Assembly: GCF_037042905.1 (NCBI RefSeq) | Contig: NC_087252.1 | Location: forward strand, 4,774,001 to 4,838,000 | DNA length: 64,000 bases | Source: Lytechinus pictus | Lineage: Eukaryota | Direction of reading: 5' to 3' | Shown: positions 41,083-53,825 of the stretch, one piece after another | Layout of the letters: every line of letters begins with the position of its first letter | How positions within the stretch are numbered: the stretch's first letter is position 1 | Position numbers and translations under genes: made by a program | The notes under the pieces: model-generated | Databases searched by the model: none | Told to the model about the DNA's origin: nothing | The model's input: the letters and a program-made list of their open reading frames with translations, nothing else

Positions 41083-42636
41083 TGAGTGCCTTCAATATCA
41101 ATATTTTCATGGAAAATCCTTGCACCTGATTGGCTGAAAGCGAATTTGCCAGTGAACAAAAAAAAACAATGTCAGAGTCACTATTACAGGAAGCTTTGTG
41201 AAATGACTCCAGAAAAGAACCAAGTATATGATAATGGATAATAGACTAGCAGGGAATCGCATTCAGATAATCAGAGCCTTTGTGCTATTGCAAGTTTAAT
41301 TGCTCTCATTAAAACACAAACTGTGCTTCTTTACTTTTAAAGACAGCACCATTGTTGTTTTATATTATGTAACAAGTCCTGAGTGGTACTACTATTCCTT
41401 GCCAGACCTTCATAGTCAAAACACAATGAATGTATTATGCATGCATGTTGTATTAAATGTGCATGTATTGTACACGTACAGTATAAATGTATGTATGCAA
41501 GGTAAAATAAGATTGTCCAACACGGTACATGTACATGTAGAACATATTATATTAAAAGGAATAAAGTTGGGCTCCATTTGGGAAAATTGCGCCATTGGCC
41601 TGTGAAACAGCTCCAGATCATGGAAGTTACAAAATGATTCAGAGATATTTGAATTCAAGCCCTGGGTAAATGTCTTTGGAGCAGTAGCAGGAGAGTGAAA
41701 TTTTAAGGTTAAACTCTACACTAATCTGGGTACAGTTACACAAAGATAGCGATAATCATACGCTTGATTTTCACGATTGATAGTACATTGTAGTCAATGC
41801 AATCAATTGTCAACATGATCTACAATGATTGCTATATAAAAGCTTTGTGTTCCAGGCCCACGATTGATAAAACATGGTATTACCTATGAGAAATTACAAA
41901 AAAAATTTAGTTTTGGAAACAGGTACAGTACATACAAACCTACACTACTGTAAAAGGCAAAACAATCAAAATCTTTTTCAATCATCAAGTGTTATTGTTT
42001 AATTTGTTTTCATAGTACAGGTAGTAGGCATTCCAAAATGTTCATTTCTTTTAAGAGTGAACAAATGGATAGCTAAAAAGTGTAGCATTGTCAAAATGTA
42101 AATTAAGGTCCAATTCCAATACATGTTTACATTTTTATTCAATGCAGGACTTTTATACCTACATGTACATACTGTACATGTACACGTATAGGGCTACAGT
42201 GTGAGGGCTGCATGGCTTCATTTTAATACAGCAGACTATTCTGTAGAGATCAGTGTTATTTTCACTGGATTATTTCAAAGGCCTTGTCACTGTTTAATTT
42301 ACCAACAGCACTAAGAAGACAAGTCAATACTGGCAAAGCTAAAGAATTAATTTCTGTTTACAATGAAGTAGGATCCTGCATGTGTGTTATTGCATTGGCT
42401 ATTATTATTAAACAGAATGAGTACCAATCAAGTACATGCATGTAGGGGGTAGACTAAAAGTCTATCAAAGATCTCAGTCATAACCAGTGTTCAATTCAAA
42501 GGATTTACAGGGAAATAATAATCATAATATTACAATACAACTCATTCAATTGACTTCCAAATTGTAACATGCAAAATGAACTCATGAGATCCTTCATTTG
42601 ATAGCAAGCTTAAAAACCGCTAGACAAAATACATGT

Positions 42637-43608
42637 GGTCGCATGTCATAAGGTGGTCCAATTTCGCGAACAGGGTAAAAATTGTCAAAAAAATTATTTT
42701 TTGATATGTTATAGCTATTACCATTCTCTAAATAATGGAAAAGTTTTAAGTCTTGAATACTTTTATTTTTCCTTAAAATGACTAATTAACAGCTAATTAT
42801 TACATAGATGTAAATGTAAATGTGAATTTTGAAATGTGTTTTTCTCAAATTGGACCTGCTGCACATAAAATGGTGTCAAAAGTTAATGCAACATTGGATC
42901 ACCCTAGTAAATTGCAGATTATCTTGAAACATCAATAATTTAATCTGAACCAAAAATTGAATAATTATCTATTATTGTATGCATATTAATTATACTAATT
43001 AATCAACAGTATTTAATTCACATTTTTGCCCCCAAAATACCTGTCACTGTATTCATATGCTTGGCAAAATGACAACATCATGGGTAGAAATGTTTGTTGC
43101 AATGATACACAACATTTGTACTAAAAATCAAGATTACAAATTAGATAATTAACCAAATCTCTCCGGTTTACTAATTGATTACATGTAGGTTGCAGATCAG
43201 AGCTGACATACACATGTATTCCATTGCTGCATATTTTCAAAATTGTCAAATTTTTATGACATTTAGTTGTTCCCTGCTTTAAAACGCCCAGAAATATGAG
43301 GATAACAGTCATATTACATATTATAGGAAGTTGTTAATTAGGTTTAATTAATATTTTATCATTTACCGCATCCACCGGCTACGCCACCCCTGTTACTTCA
43401 AACTTAATGTGCTATAGTTTTTGTTCCTGATATTGTATTGATCTAATTCATAGTAATATATTTAGCCTATAGTTCTAGCTTCAAAATGAAATATTACTCA
43501 ATAAATTTGGTCAAGATGCTGTGATGTAGCAACAATTTATCCATGGCACCGTGTGGAAAATTGTTCATACGCCACCCTTTTTGCATACCCAACTTATGAA
43601 ATGCGACC
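42637..43608. mobile_element. 972-bp non-autonomous DNA transposon with GGTC termini and 4-bp TSD ATGT
   Basis: ATGT|GGTCGCATGTCATAAG ... CTTATGAAATGCGACC|ATGT. Confidence 0.85.
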
Positions 43609-46600
43609 ATGTATACCAGTGTAGGCCGATGTTTCATATTCAGGTTTTTTTATGGTGTAGGAGGTGGGTAATAGGAAGTCATGTGTACACATTGTACATG
43701 TAGCTTCAACCCCACCTCCCTTTAAAAAAAAAAGAGAAGATTGCTTCAATGTTTCCCATAATCTCATACCACAGCCACACCAACGTAACCGACCCCAGAC
43801 CGATCAAGTTATTTCAAATGGCATCATCGGTTGATTTGGGACCGGTTTTGCAGGTGTGACTGCACTGCAGTGTAGCATCACTGTCATAAAGATGAACTTG
43901 AGCAGACAGAACTGGATTAAGAGCTCCAAGGGATTATGATCTTATTAGTTTCATCACCTGTCCTTTATCACGTTAAAGAGATTTTCCTCAAGATGCTTTC
44001 CGCTTTTCACACTGGCATAATTTTGCTTAACCCCCGAAAATTGGTTGGACTTGGGCTTCAAGTCAACCAATTAGCCCCACCAATTTCCCAGATTTACGCT
44101 AAGCCGAGCTCTTTTTCATAAGACTCCACTTTTAAAGTGGACATACCCCGCAGAATAAAATTGGTCTGCACAGAAATACATATACTACTCCCTTCATGGT
44201 GCTAATGCTAAGCATGTTCATGCAAACAGGAAAGAGATACAGTAGTATGGGACTAAGGAGCCCAAAGTAGAAATAAAGTACGTTTCATGTAGAGAATTAT
44301 CTTCATGGCAGATCAAATAATGCTCAGTGTAAAAACATGAAACTGTTTAACCCTACACTGTAGCTGAGCATTAATTATGAGATGACCCCCAAGTATGAGA
44401 AAGCTCAAAGGTTAAAAAAAATAATAATAACGCCACTGTACGGTAGTATGGGGCTTTTTAGGATTGTACTATGGGGAGCAAAGCTGGGTGTGAAAAGCAT
44501 ATGAGCTGATGACGGCATTTAGGGGGTCAGTTCAATATAATAGCCTGACAGTGCCCAGTGGGAAAAACAATATAAGCAGTCACTGTGGCTGATGGCCAGT
44601 TTTCTTGTGAAAGTGGCATGTGAAAGTATCATTGCACACTTGTGAGCTTCCAGTTTAAAGGAACAGGTTAGAATCTTAACAAAATGTAGATGCATCCTTT
44701 AAAAAAAAACAAATTTATCTGGCTAAAAATTATACTAAAGAATAAACAACTTTAACAAAACAGTGTACAACTCTTTCTGCATTTGGGCTGCAGATGTGCT
44801 ACTGGATGTACAATAGGCCTATGAGGAGAGCTTTAATAGTTTTACACTTTTTTTTCAAGAACCATTATAATATAAGGTTTTTTTTATGTTTTGTAACATA
44901 TCTGAATCAATAAAACAGCTAGGTAGATCTCTTCAGGAATTGGTGAACAGGACACAAGCGTATCAAGCACCAATAAATAAAAACAACCAACAACCATCAC
45001 TCTGGTTAAATATATTGGGACTCCTTCTAGCAATTGTTGAAAATTAAATTGATTACAAAATGCAGGGTTATCAAGAAGAAGAGTATGTGTACCAGTACCT
45101 TACCTGAACAAAAAACAAAAAAATACATTTTAAGTCCCACACTCCACACTCACTACATGTACAATAGTACATGAAAGTGTAAGTTTGGCAAGGCAGGTAT
45201 AAAACAAGGGTCATATTAATACATTGTAAAAGTCTTTTATTGGAAACTTGAAACTAGAAGGTGATGAACAATCATTTCTTATTGCTTAGAACGGTCATGA
45301 AATTTATACAAGACAAACAGGACATTGCAAGTTTACGAGTATAGTACGTACAGCCATTTTCGCTCCTACACATGTAATCAGTACCAAGTTCACAAAAAGT
45401 AAACAATTAATGAGTAAGCCTTCATGTACCATAATACACACTTTGCAACAGTGCATTTTTATCTAACCCATTGTTTTGATGCCTTTAATACTTGTATGTA
45501 TTTTTAAAGTTAGAAATTTGTCCATTGGCATAAAATTAATAATTTTGACATGAAGTTTCAAAGCATTCCAGTTTAACAAAGGATTCAAACATGGAACAAA
45601 GGACACTGATGCAATGTAAAGATCTACTGTCGAGTAGCATTTTTTTTTAATACGTTGAAGTCCTCTATGTATTTTGGATGAATTTTACATGTAGGAAATG
45701 TGTGCATCAGAATTCAGAAACAACAAAATTTTGTATTAAACTTCGTCATAAATTGGCTTTATTATTATTAATGCGAATGAATGCAAATGGCTAGATACAA
45801 GAACCCTGATTTTAAACATACATATTGAACATGTAGACATGTGTAATGGGTGGCTGTGTGTGTACACATGTAGGTCTATATGTTTGACCTTTTATTCATG
45901 CAATTTTCATATTGCTGACCAACATACACCCACCAATCAACCTACATTGTACATCGGGTTGTACGATAATGGGACTAGATCAATACAGATATCATTAAAC
46001 CAGTTTCCAATGTCACAGCGTCCGATAAGTCGATACTCAACTTTACTTTGACACTACCGACTCCATCTTAAAGATATCACTCTGTTCACGCTGTTTTTAT
46101 CTTTCAGTATTCTAATTCAATTTAAAAGTGTGACTGCAATCCTTCATTCATTTGAATCAATAAATGTACTGGTCTACATGTGCAGCTGCATTGTTTACTT
46201 ACTACATACAGGTCAAGGATATACTTTGTGTATGGATGGAAAATGACATTACCTATATTTCTTGTATACCTCAAAGAGAAAATAGGTCTACCTGTCTACA
46301 TACGATACATAATGCCTATCCAAAATCTTTATCTTACTTTAACATACAGGCATTCTGGAAGCAGGTCAACTAGACCCTGCATTATAGGGTACGGACGATA
46401 ACTTATAATGCCTATGTATTGTACATGGAAGGCTAAGTTGATTTGTGAGTACTCAACCTACAGTACAGGTTAATGTACAAGTACATAGAATATAGATCAA
46501 CTGATTTTAAACTGTTCAAGGTAAGATTATCTATCACTCTGGGCATTTAACAAAGGTCCACAAAAAAATTTGCAGTCTACATGTACCAAGTATTCCCTGG

Positions 46601-48855
46601 CATTGCCAGAGAGACTTTTAGGACTCGAAAACCACACAGTACTATTAAACAACACACAATACAGACAGCTATACAATTTCTCATTGAAGAGAAGGATGTA
46701 GGATTGTGTCAAAGGCTAATATTGCACTGCCATGCCCCATGAGCCTGCATTGCTCAGGTGACCTCATGCTGTGAGGTCACCAAGCTGGAGTCTGTTTTCA
46801 CTCAACATCTACAGTGCATGTTCAACTGTAAGTCATGCAAATGCATGTGGAACCTCCTCGGTTATTATGCACTTTGTGGATGCAGCGTTGTACTTGCAGA
46901 GTTTCTGATCAGATGTAAACTTTCTCATACCGCCTTTTCACTTTTGTGCCCCCTGACCCACTTGCAGCCCCCACATTTCTCTGCATGTTTGTATTGTTTC
47001 TCTGCTTTTTTATAAAAATGTCAAATAAATAAATTAAAATAATACTGTACAGGCGTACACATTATGAATCAACTACTGTAATTAAATTGCACTGCTATTT
47101 TACACTGCTTTTCTCTTGATGTGAATTGCACATTATTAACAGTATATGAATGTTGTTGTTTTTGTTATGGAGATAGTGGTGATGATGCAGGGAAAAAATT
47201 ACATGGGGCTCAGAGCAATTTTGCCCCCGAAATGCCCAACAGAGCCCTGGAAAATCCCCATTCACTCCAATGTTAAAACTTGTTGCAGATTTAGACAGTA
47301 AGTTGCGAAAAGTAGCCCCCGAAAAATAAATAAAATAAAAACTTTGACTGATGTCATTGTTGTTACAGTATCAAAATTAAGAATGTCATGGTACATGTAC
47401 ATAGTTCATACAAAGTAATCATGGACTTACATTTTTAATAGAGGCAGTTACTATAATCATGTCAGCCTACATGTACATTGTAGATACATGTATGTCTGTA
47501 TGAACCTAGCACCATAGAGAGAGGAAAACAGATTTTCTTTTGCTTTCTCATTCTGAGTCACATATTATAAACAATGTCTTTGGTTGTTTTGTTGTGATTA
47601 TTCTTACACTGAAATGTTAAGTTTTATTTCTTCATGTCATGAATTATGTTTATGTATGGATATAATAATGCAGAGCCCTGTGGAAGACTTTTTTAGAAAT
47701 ATATTAATAATACATAGATGGTGTAATTTGACATATTTTTTTATAGAACTGAACAGGCTACTCTGGATAAAGATTTGCAATATATACATGTACAATACCA
47801 GCGTGAGATACACTGTACACATACTGACTATGTACAGAAAGTCTTGAATCTAATCAGCTCAGGGCAAAATAGCCTGTGAAAATGACTGAATATTTAATAC
47901 CATGAGTCAGTGTACTCCATAAATGTTCATGATGACATTACATACACACAAGTTTTCAGGGAAATAATAACATGGGGACTCAGGGCTAATTCTTCCAGAA
48001 AGCCCCAATAGCCATGGAAAACTTTTTTTTTTTAAAGCAACTGAAAATCACATAGGGTCCAATGTAAACTATCATATATTTTGGCTGGCGAGTTCAAAAT
48101 GTAGCCCTTGAAAATGTTAGTATTAATTTTTCACACGCAAGCTTTGCTGGTGAGTGCATCTCCTCTCTGACACTACCGTACTCTACCTTATCCAGGGAAG
48201 AAATGCAACAAGATGTAACTCTTTAGATGCTCATTCCTAATGTGACTATGAAAAAGAAGAGCAAATTGACCATTCTATACTATTCCACATCACTCTTGAA
48301 GTCGGACAGTCAACCTGCCCCATCGAGTAACCTTTCTTCACTTCATCCTACTACTACTTAAAACTATCGCTACTCAAGCCATATTCAGCTCATCTCATCT
48401 GGTTTACAGTCTTTTTCAGGACTTCACTCACTTTCAAGAAAAGAATACAAGTTCTAATTTCCTCTTTTCATCCTTTCTGGTCTTTCCATTTCAATCTTTC
48501 TGCCTGTATTTCCTTCCCTTCTTCATATAAAAAATGGTGAACTGTAAACCTTCTCCACGAGTCCAAGTTATAAACTCCACCATGCAAACCTACAAAGATC
48601 ATCAAATAGATTCATGTTTTCATGATGGTGGTATTGAGATTTCAATTGAAATTTTTGTTTTATTTCAAGCTATTTAGGGAAAAGTTATATGTTACCCCTG
48701 CTAATTTTTACGTTTGTGTCTACAATCTTTATAAGCTCCACTGCCATACTACCCCCCCCCCTATTAATTTATGCAGCACACAGCGTACATGTAGCTCCTT
48801 GTTTTGAAGTTGTTTAATTTTAATTAAAATTAAAACTAAAAAATTAATATAGGAC

Positions 48856-49517
48856 TAGACTGATACATCTGCAGTTTCAGAGGAGTTTTTCAACATTTTC
48901 TGACTTTTTTTTGTCCTGCTCCTACACAGACGGATGACAGCCATTGGGTTTGAAATGATGGAGCAAACAACTGCCGCATAACTACAGCGTCTATGGAGAA
49001 AGGGTGCGATTTTGCACCCTCCTCGATTACTATTAAATTTTTCTTTTTGACAGGAGAAAAAGGAAGAAATAATCAAGATAAATTTATATCACATACAATC
49101 AGATTACCACCTTTCTGAAAATATGCTGGAAAATAGCGAATTTTGATGACAAACAGAATGGGATCAGCCAGGTTCTTCTTTGACCGCTGTCAGCTAGCTG
49201 GAGCTGCACGGATCTGATCTTTTTGTCATCAAAATTTGCTATTTTCCGGCATATTTTTCAGAAAGGTGGTAAGCTGAATGTATTTAATATAAATTAATCT
49301 TTATTTCTTCTCTTTTACCCCATCAAAAAGCAAAATTTAGGAGTAATCAAGAAGGGTACAAAAGCTCACCCTTTCTCCATAGACGCTGTAGTTAAGCGGC
49401 AGTTGTTTGCTCCACCATTACAAGCCCAATGGCCATTGGGGGATGCCGCGGAGCCAGACGAAGTCTCAGCGGAGCACATTCCCGACAGTGACAGAAATAG
49501 ACCTATTTATCGGTCTA
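48856..49517. mobile_element. TAGAC-terminated element containing a hairpin of about 490 bp (48940-49433)
   Basis: Ends TAGACTGATACAT / ATTTATCGGTCTA; arms ggagcaaacaactgccgc.taactacagcgtctatggagaaagggtg pair almost perfectly; TSD not clean. Confidence 0.65.
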
Positions 49518-49631
49518 GTACAGTAGTAGGACCATAACCAGGTGAATTATACATCATGGAAGATAGACCTCTACAGTCACTAGATGTAGATCTAGTTCTC
49601 TCACTTCTCTGAAACCAATCTCAAACTGTCA

Positions 49632-50055
49632 TAGACCAAAAGCTTTGGTCTCTGTTATATTGGTTGTTCCGCTGAACTCCGTTGGCTCCACTCACCAATT
49701 ACAGAGACCGAAGTTTTAACTCGATCTGAACAGGGACTCAATGGCCATATGCTTATGTGTTAAGTTCGGATAGACCAGGGAGTTGCGCGACAGCCGAAGT
49801 CATTGTAGTTTTAAGTTATTTTTTCCCGTTTTGGTGCATTTCAGGCCAAAACAGAATAAGTATCTTTATTTTGGTCCCGTTCTTTTTATATATTTTTGTA
49901 AAATAAAGACAAAAATCGATGAGCCCGGTCGGGGGGATTTTGCATTGTTAACCCCCTAATTAATGCCAATGGCAGCTGCACGATCGAAAGCCGTCTGTGT
50001 ATGAGGAGAAATTTAGTTAAAAGACTTCTCGAAACAGACGACTGCCAGCTGTCTA
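49632..50055 (+). mobile_element. TAGAC...GTCTA non-autonomous element, copy 1, TSD aactgtca
   Basis: Direct flanking repeat aactgtca at 49624-49631 and 50056-50063; colinear with copy 2. Confidence 0.82.
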
Positions 50056-50272
50056 AACTGTCATCATGGTCGTAGCTCATCTTCTGACTTAGATCTCTCC
50101 AGACTAGACTTCTCTACTCTAGTCTAGCTCTGTCATTCATCATTAGGTCCTATCACAAAGACAATGTACGTCTCATCTCAATCGTCAATGATCTCAGTCA
50201 ATCTCTCACAGACACAGTCACATCACAGTCTCGCTAACTTTACCGGTACTCGGTAGAGATCTACTTCTACTA

Positions 50273-50719
50273 TAGACCAAAAGCTTCGGTCTCTGTTATG
50301 TTGGTTGTTCAGCTGAACTCCGTGGCTTCACTCACCAAATACAGAGACCGAAGTTCTAGCGCGATCTGTACAGGGGACTCAATGGCAATATGTTTATGTA
50401 CTTAAGATTGGATAAAACGGGGAAGGGAATTTGCGCGACAGCCGAGGTAAGTCACTGTTTTTGTTCCTTTTAACTTGATTTTTCTCCGTTTTTTTGCAAT
50501 TAATGCCAAGAGGGAATATTAATTTGCATTTTGGTCGCGTTAATTTTCAAAAATTTTATTCATTAAAGACAAAAATTGAAGAGCCCCGACGGGGGGATTT
50601 TGCATTGCAAGTCCCCTAATGGTGGCTGCACGCTAGCGAGCCGTCTGTGTACGAGGAGAAAAAAAAAAAAAAAAAAAAAGTTAAAAAACTCCTCGAAACA
50701 GACGGCTGCTAGCTGTCTA
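50273..50719 (+). mobile_element. TAGAC...GTCTA non-autonomous element, copy 2, 9-bp TSD cttctacta
   Basis: cttctacta at 50264-50272 and 50720-50728. Confidence 0.85.
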
Positions 50720-51020
50720 CTTCTACTACTAGTAGTTTCTTCTGTCAAAGTTTCAGTGGAACAGTCACAATTTTATAATTTTGACGTTTTGTTCATACCA
50801 CATCTGTTATTGTTAACCCAGAAAGACATAATTACGTTTGGACTTTCCGAGTTATGTTTAGAACTCCGCCCCAGAGCCAGGCCAGGGTCGAAAGTCCACC
50901 ACCCACAACAGCGCAGAGCTGCTCTATTGACGGGGTTGAGCCCGGTCAGATACACACAGGTTTCGATGGTAGCCCTCTCATGCGTGCAGGAATTATCATC
51001 ATACCGGTGTCACAACTTAC

Positions 51021-51230
51021 CGATTTAGTGGCAGTAAAGTTGGCAAAAATCACCTCTGAATTACCACAGACTACAAGATGACAGGCATAGAGATAGCAAC
51101 GAAATAGCAAAATGTTCTTGATAAAATCCAGTACAGTAGTCCAGTTGGATATAGACAATTAGCGCCAATGAAATTGTGAAATAAATCGTGAAATTCTCCC
51201 TCGATTCGACTCGAAGCTTGCTCTCTGAAT
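51021..51230 (-). promoter_or_regulatory. Probable non-coding first exon and promoter of the RhoGEF gene; 5' boundary approximate
   Basis: Strong donor CG|GTAAGT at 51020-51015 in a locally CpG-rich unique segment (50.8-51.25 kb). No productive ATG, only a short uORF MPVIL*. The intronic TACATGTA enrichment stops about 2 kb short of it. Confidence 0.45.
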
Positions 51231-52277
51231 GGGCTACTTTGCAGCTCTATATTTTTAAAAGGTTGCGCTCTATGAAATATAGTCCTAACTTCAGTTGGAA
51301 TTTTAGGGAAATTTCTCCATCACATCATTTTATTCTCCTAAATCAGAATTTGTATTGATCAGAGAGTTCAATGTCTTTTGTTTATCAACAATGTCTCAAA
51401 ATAAAAAGTTATTTACCAGTTCTAACTTTAAAGATTTTCATCCGCGAGTTATGCGGTCACGAACATGGCTGGCTTTAGTATACATTGCATTACACATGCA
51501 CAAGTGCGATGCTTGCAAGGCTAAATACTTCCTGGATTTTTTTGTCAGCATTTTGGTTTTCTAAGAAGCTGGTGACCTTGGCGAATTTTGAAGAAATTAA
51601 AAGTTCATGAAATACAGCTTATTTCAATGATGCATTAATGATGTCTTGTTAACAATATGGCAATACTATTGTACTTTTCTTTTTTTATCAGATTAGATTC
51701 TTCCTTTATTTATTGTGATATTGAAAACACTTGTTTTGTTTGTTTTGTTGTTGTTGTTTTTGGAGGGGTAAGGGTGCATCTATGATTGACGGTGGGGTGC
51801 TGTAGTAATATTCGACAGGGGTGGGATACAATCGAAGTGAATAAGAGAAATTAACAGTGGGAGGAGTTTAAACCAAACAACAATCGTCAGAAATAGTGCA
51901 TTTGAGATATTCACTATTTTCTTCTCATGATTATATTCTCTCGGACATTTATTGTTTAAAAGAGTTAACTTATTTTTTAAGTGGTTAATAGTGAAGTCAG
52001 TGGCGTAATGAGGAAAAAATGTTGAGGGGGCTCGATATGGGGCATCATGTAAAATTAAGAAGAAGTTGTGAGCATTTTTATTACAAAAATCAAAATTTGT
52101 GATAGATTTTGACATAATATTCAGAAGATATATATATATTTATATATCACCATTGAGTCCCTTTCCTTTTCTTTCCTTTCTCTTTATTTTTTGTCGTGAA
52201 AAAGCCCCCCCCCCCCCCACCTGTACAACCATGAGTAAAATCACAGAGGTATCATGACACCTCCCCCCCCCCCCCCC

Positions 52278-52321
<44 letters not shown>

Positions 52322-53099
52322 TATTCAAGCTCGTTAGTGGATGGGACCCAGGATGGGACCCAGTGAATATTTAGGGTATCTCGTTATCAAAAGATCGGGG
52401 GTAAAATGAGACAAGCGAACAAGCAAGCAATCAAAATAAATATTAACAACAACTCCATATCGGTCTTCATATTTTTTTTTTTCTCCTAGGACATTTTGAC
52501 AAGTAAAAACAAAATGACAGGATATAATGATGGTTAACAACTTACCGGAAAGTGGTACTTCCAAAGTAATATTTAGCAATTAAAAAAACAACACTTTGAG
52601 GATGCCTTGCTATACCACTTCGTATGTTGCTTAAAGGACAAGTCCACCCCAACAAATAGTTGATTTGAATAAAAAGAGAAAAATCCAACAAGCAAAACAC
52701 TGAAAATTTCATCAAATTCGGATGTAAAATAAGAAAGTTATGACATTGTAAAGTTTCGCTTAATTTCACAAAACAGTTATCTGCACACCCTGGTTGGTAT
52801 CCAAATGGGGGACATCCCGATAGACCGCGGGCCCGATAGACCGCGGGTCCGTTAGACCGCGGGTCCGATAGACCGCGGGTCCGATAGACCGCGGGTCCGA
52901 TAGTCCGCGGGTCCGATAGACCGCGGGTCCGATAGTCCGCAGTGTGTGTAAAATTATGATCAGATATATCAAATGTCATCGAGAGGTCTAAAGGTCAAAT
53001 GATACGAGGCCATGGGGTTCTATCAGGTGCGGATCCATGGAGGGCCGAGGGGGAACTGCCTCACCCCCCCCCCCCCCCCACCGTCCCTTAGCTCAAAAA

Positions 53100-53820
53100 A
53101 AAAGAGGGGGAAGAGGGGGAAAGGGAGAGAATTAAAAAAAAAGAGGAAGATGGGAAAAGAAGAGAATAGAAAAGAGAGTAAGAAGGAGAAAGGAAGAGAA
53201 GAAAAAGGGGAAAGGAAAGACAAAGAAAAAAGGGAGAAGAAAAGGGGAAAGAAGAGGGAAAAAAGAGGAGGGAAAAGGAAGAGAAGAAAAGAAAGGAGAA
53301 AGGAAAAGGAGGAAAAAGAAGAAAAAAAGAGGAAGGAAGAGAAGAATATTTAAATAGAGAGGAAGATGGGAAGACAGATAAGAAAAAAGAGAGAGAGAGA
53401 GGAAGAGGGGAAAAGAAGAGAAGAAAGAGAGAGAGGGAGGAAGGGGAGGGAGAGAAGAAAAAAGATTAAAAGAGAAAAAAGGGAGAAGGAAAGAAAAAGA
53501 AAAAGGGAGAAGTAAAGGGGAAAAGAGAAAAAAAGTGGAAGAGGGAAAAGAAAGAAAAGAAAAGAACGGAGTGAGGAAAAGTGGGAAAAGAAGAAGAAAA
53601 AAGAGAGAGAGTAAGTGGGAAGAGAGGAAAAACGAGAAAAGAGAGAGGAAAAGAGGGAAAGAAAAGACAGCAAAAAGAGAAGAAAAGGGGGAAAGAAAAG
53701 ATGGGGGGAAACAGAAGAAAGGGGGGAAATGAAGAGGGGGAAAGAAAGAGAGAAAGAAAGAGAAAAAAAGGAAGGGGAATGAGGATAAAAGAAAGAAAAG
53801 GAGATGGGAAACGGAAGAGG
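53100..53820. repeat. Polypurine (GA-rich) tract inside the hAT-like element
   Basis: About 700 nt almost entirely A/G; produces the K/R/E and F/S/L spurious ORFs. Confidence 0.9.
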
Positions 53821-53825
53821 GAGAT

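Noticed and set aside
49632-50719. Segmental tandem duplication
   Set aside because: Each copy has its own distinct TSD, so these are separate insertions.
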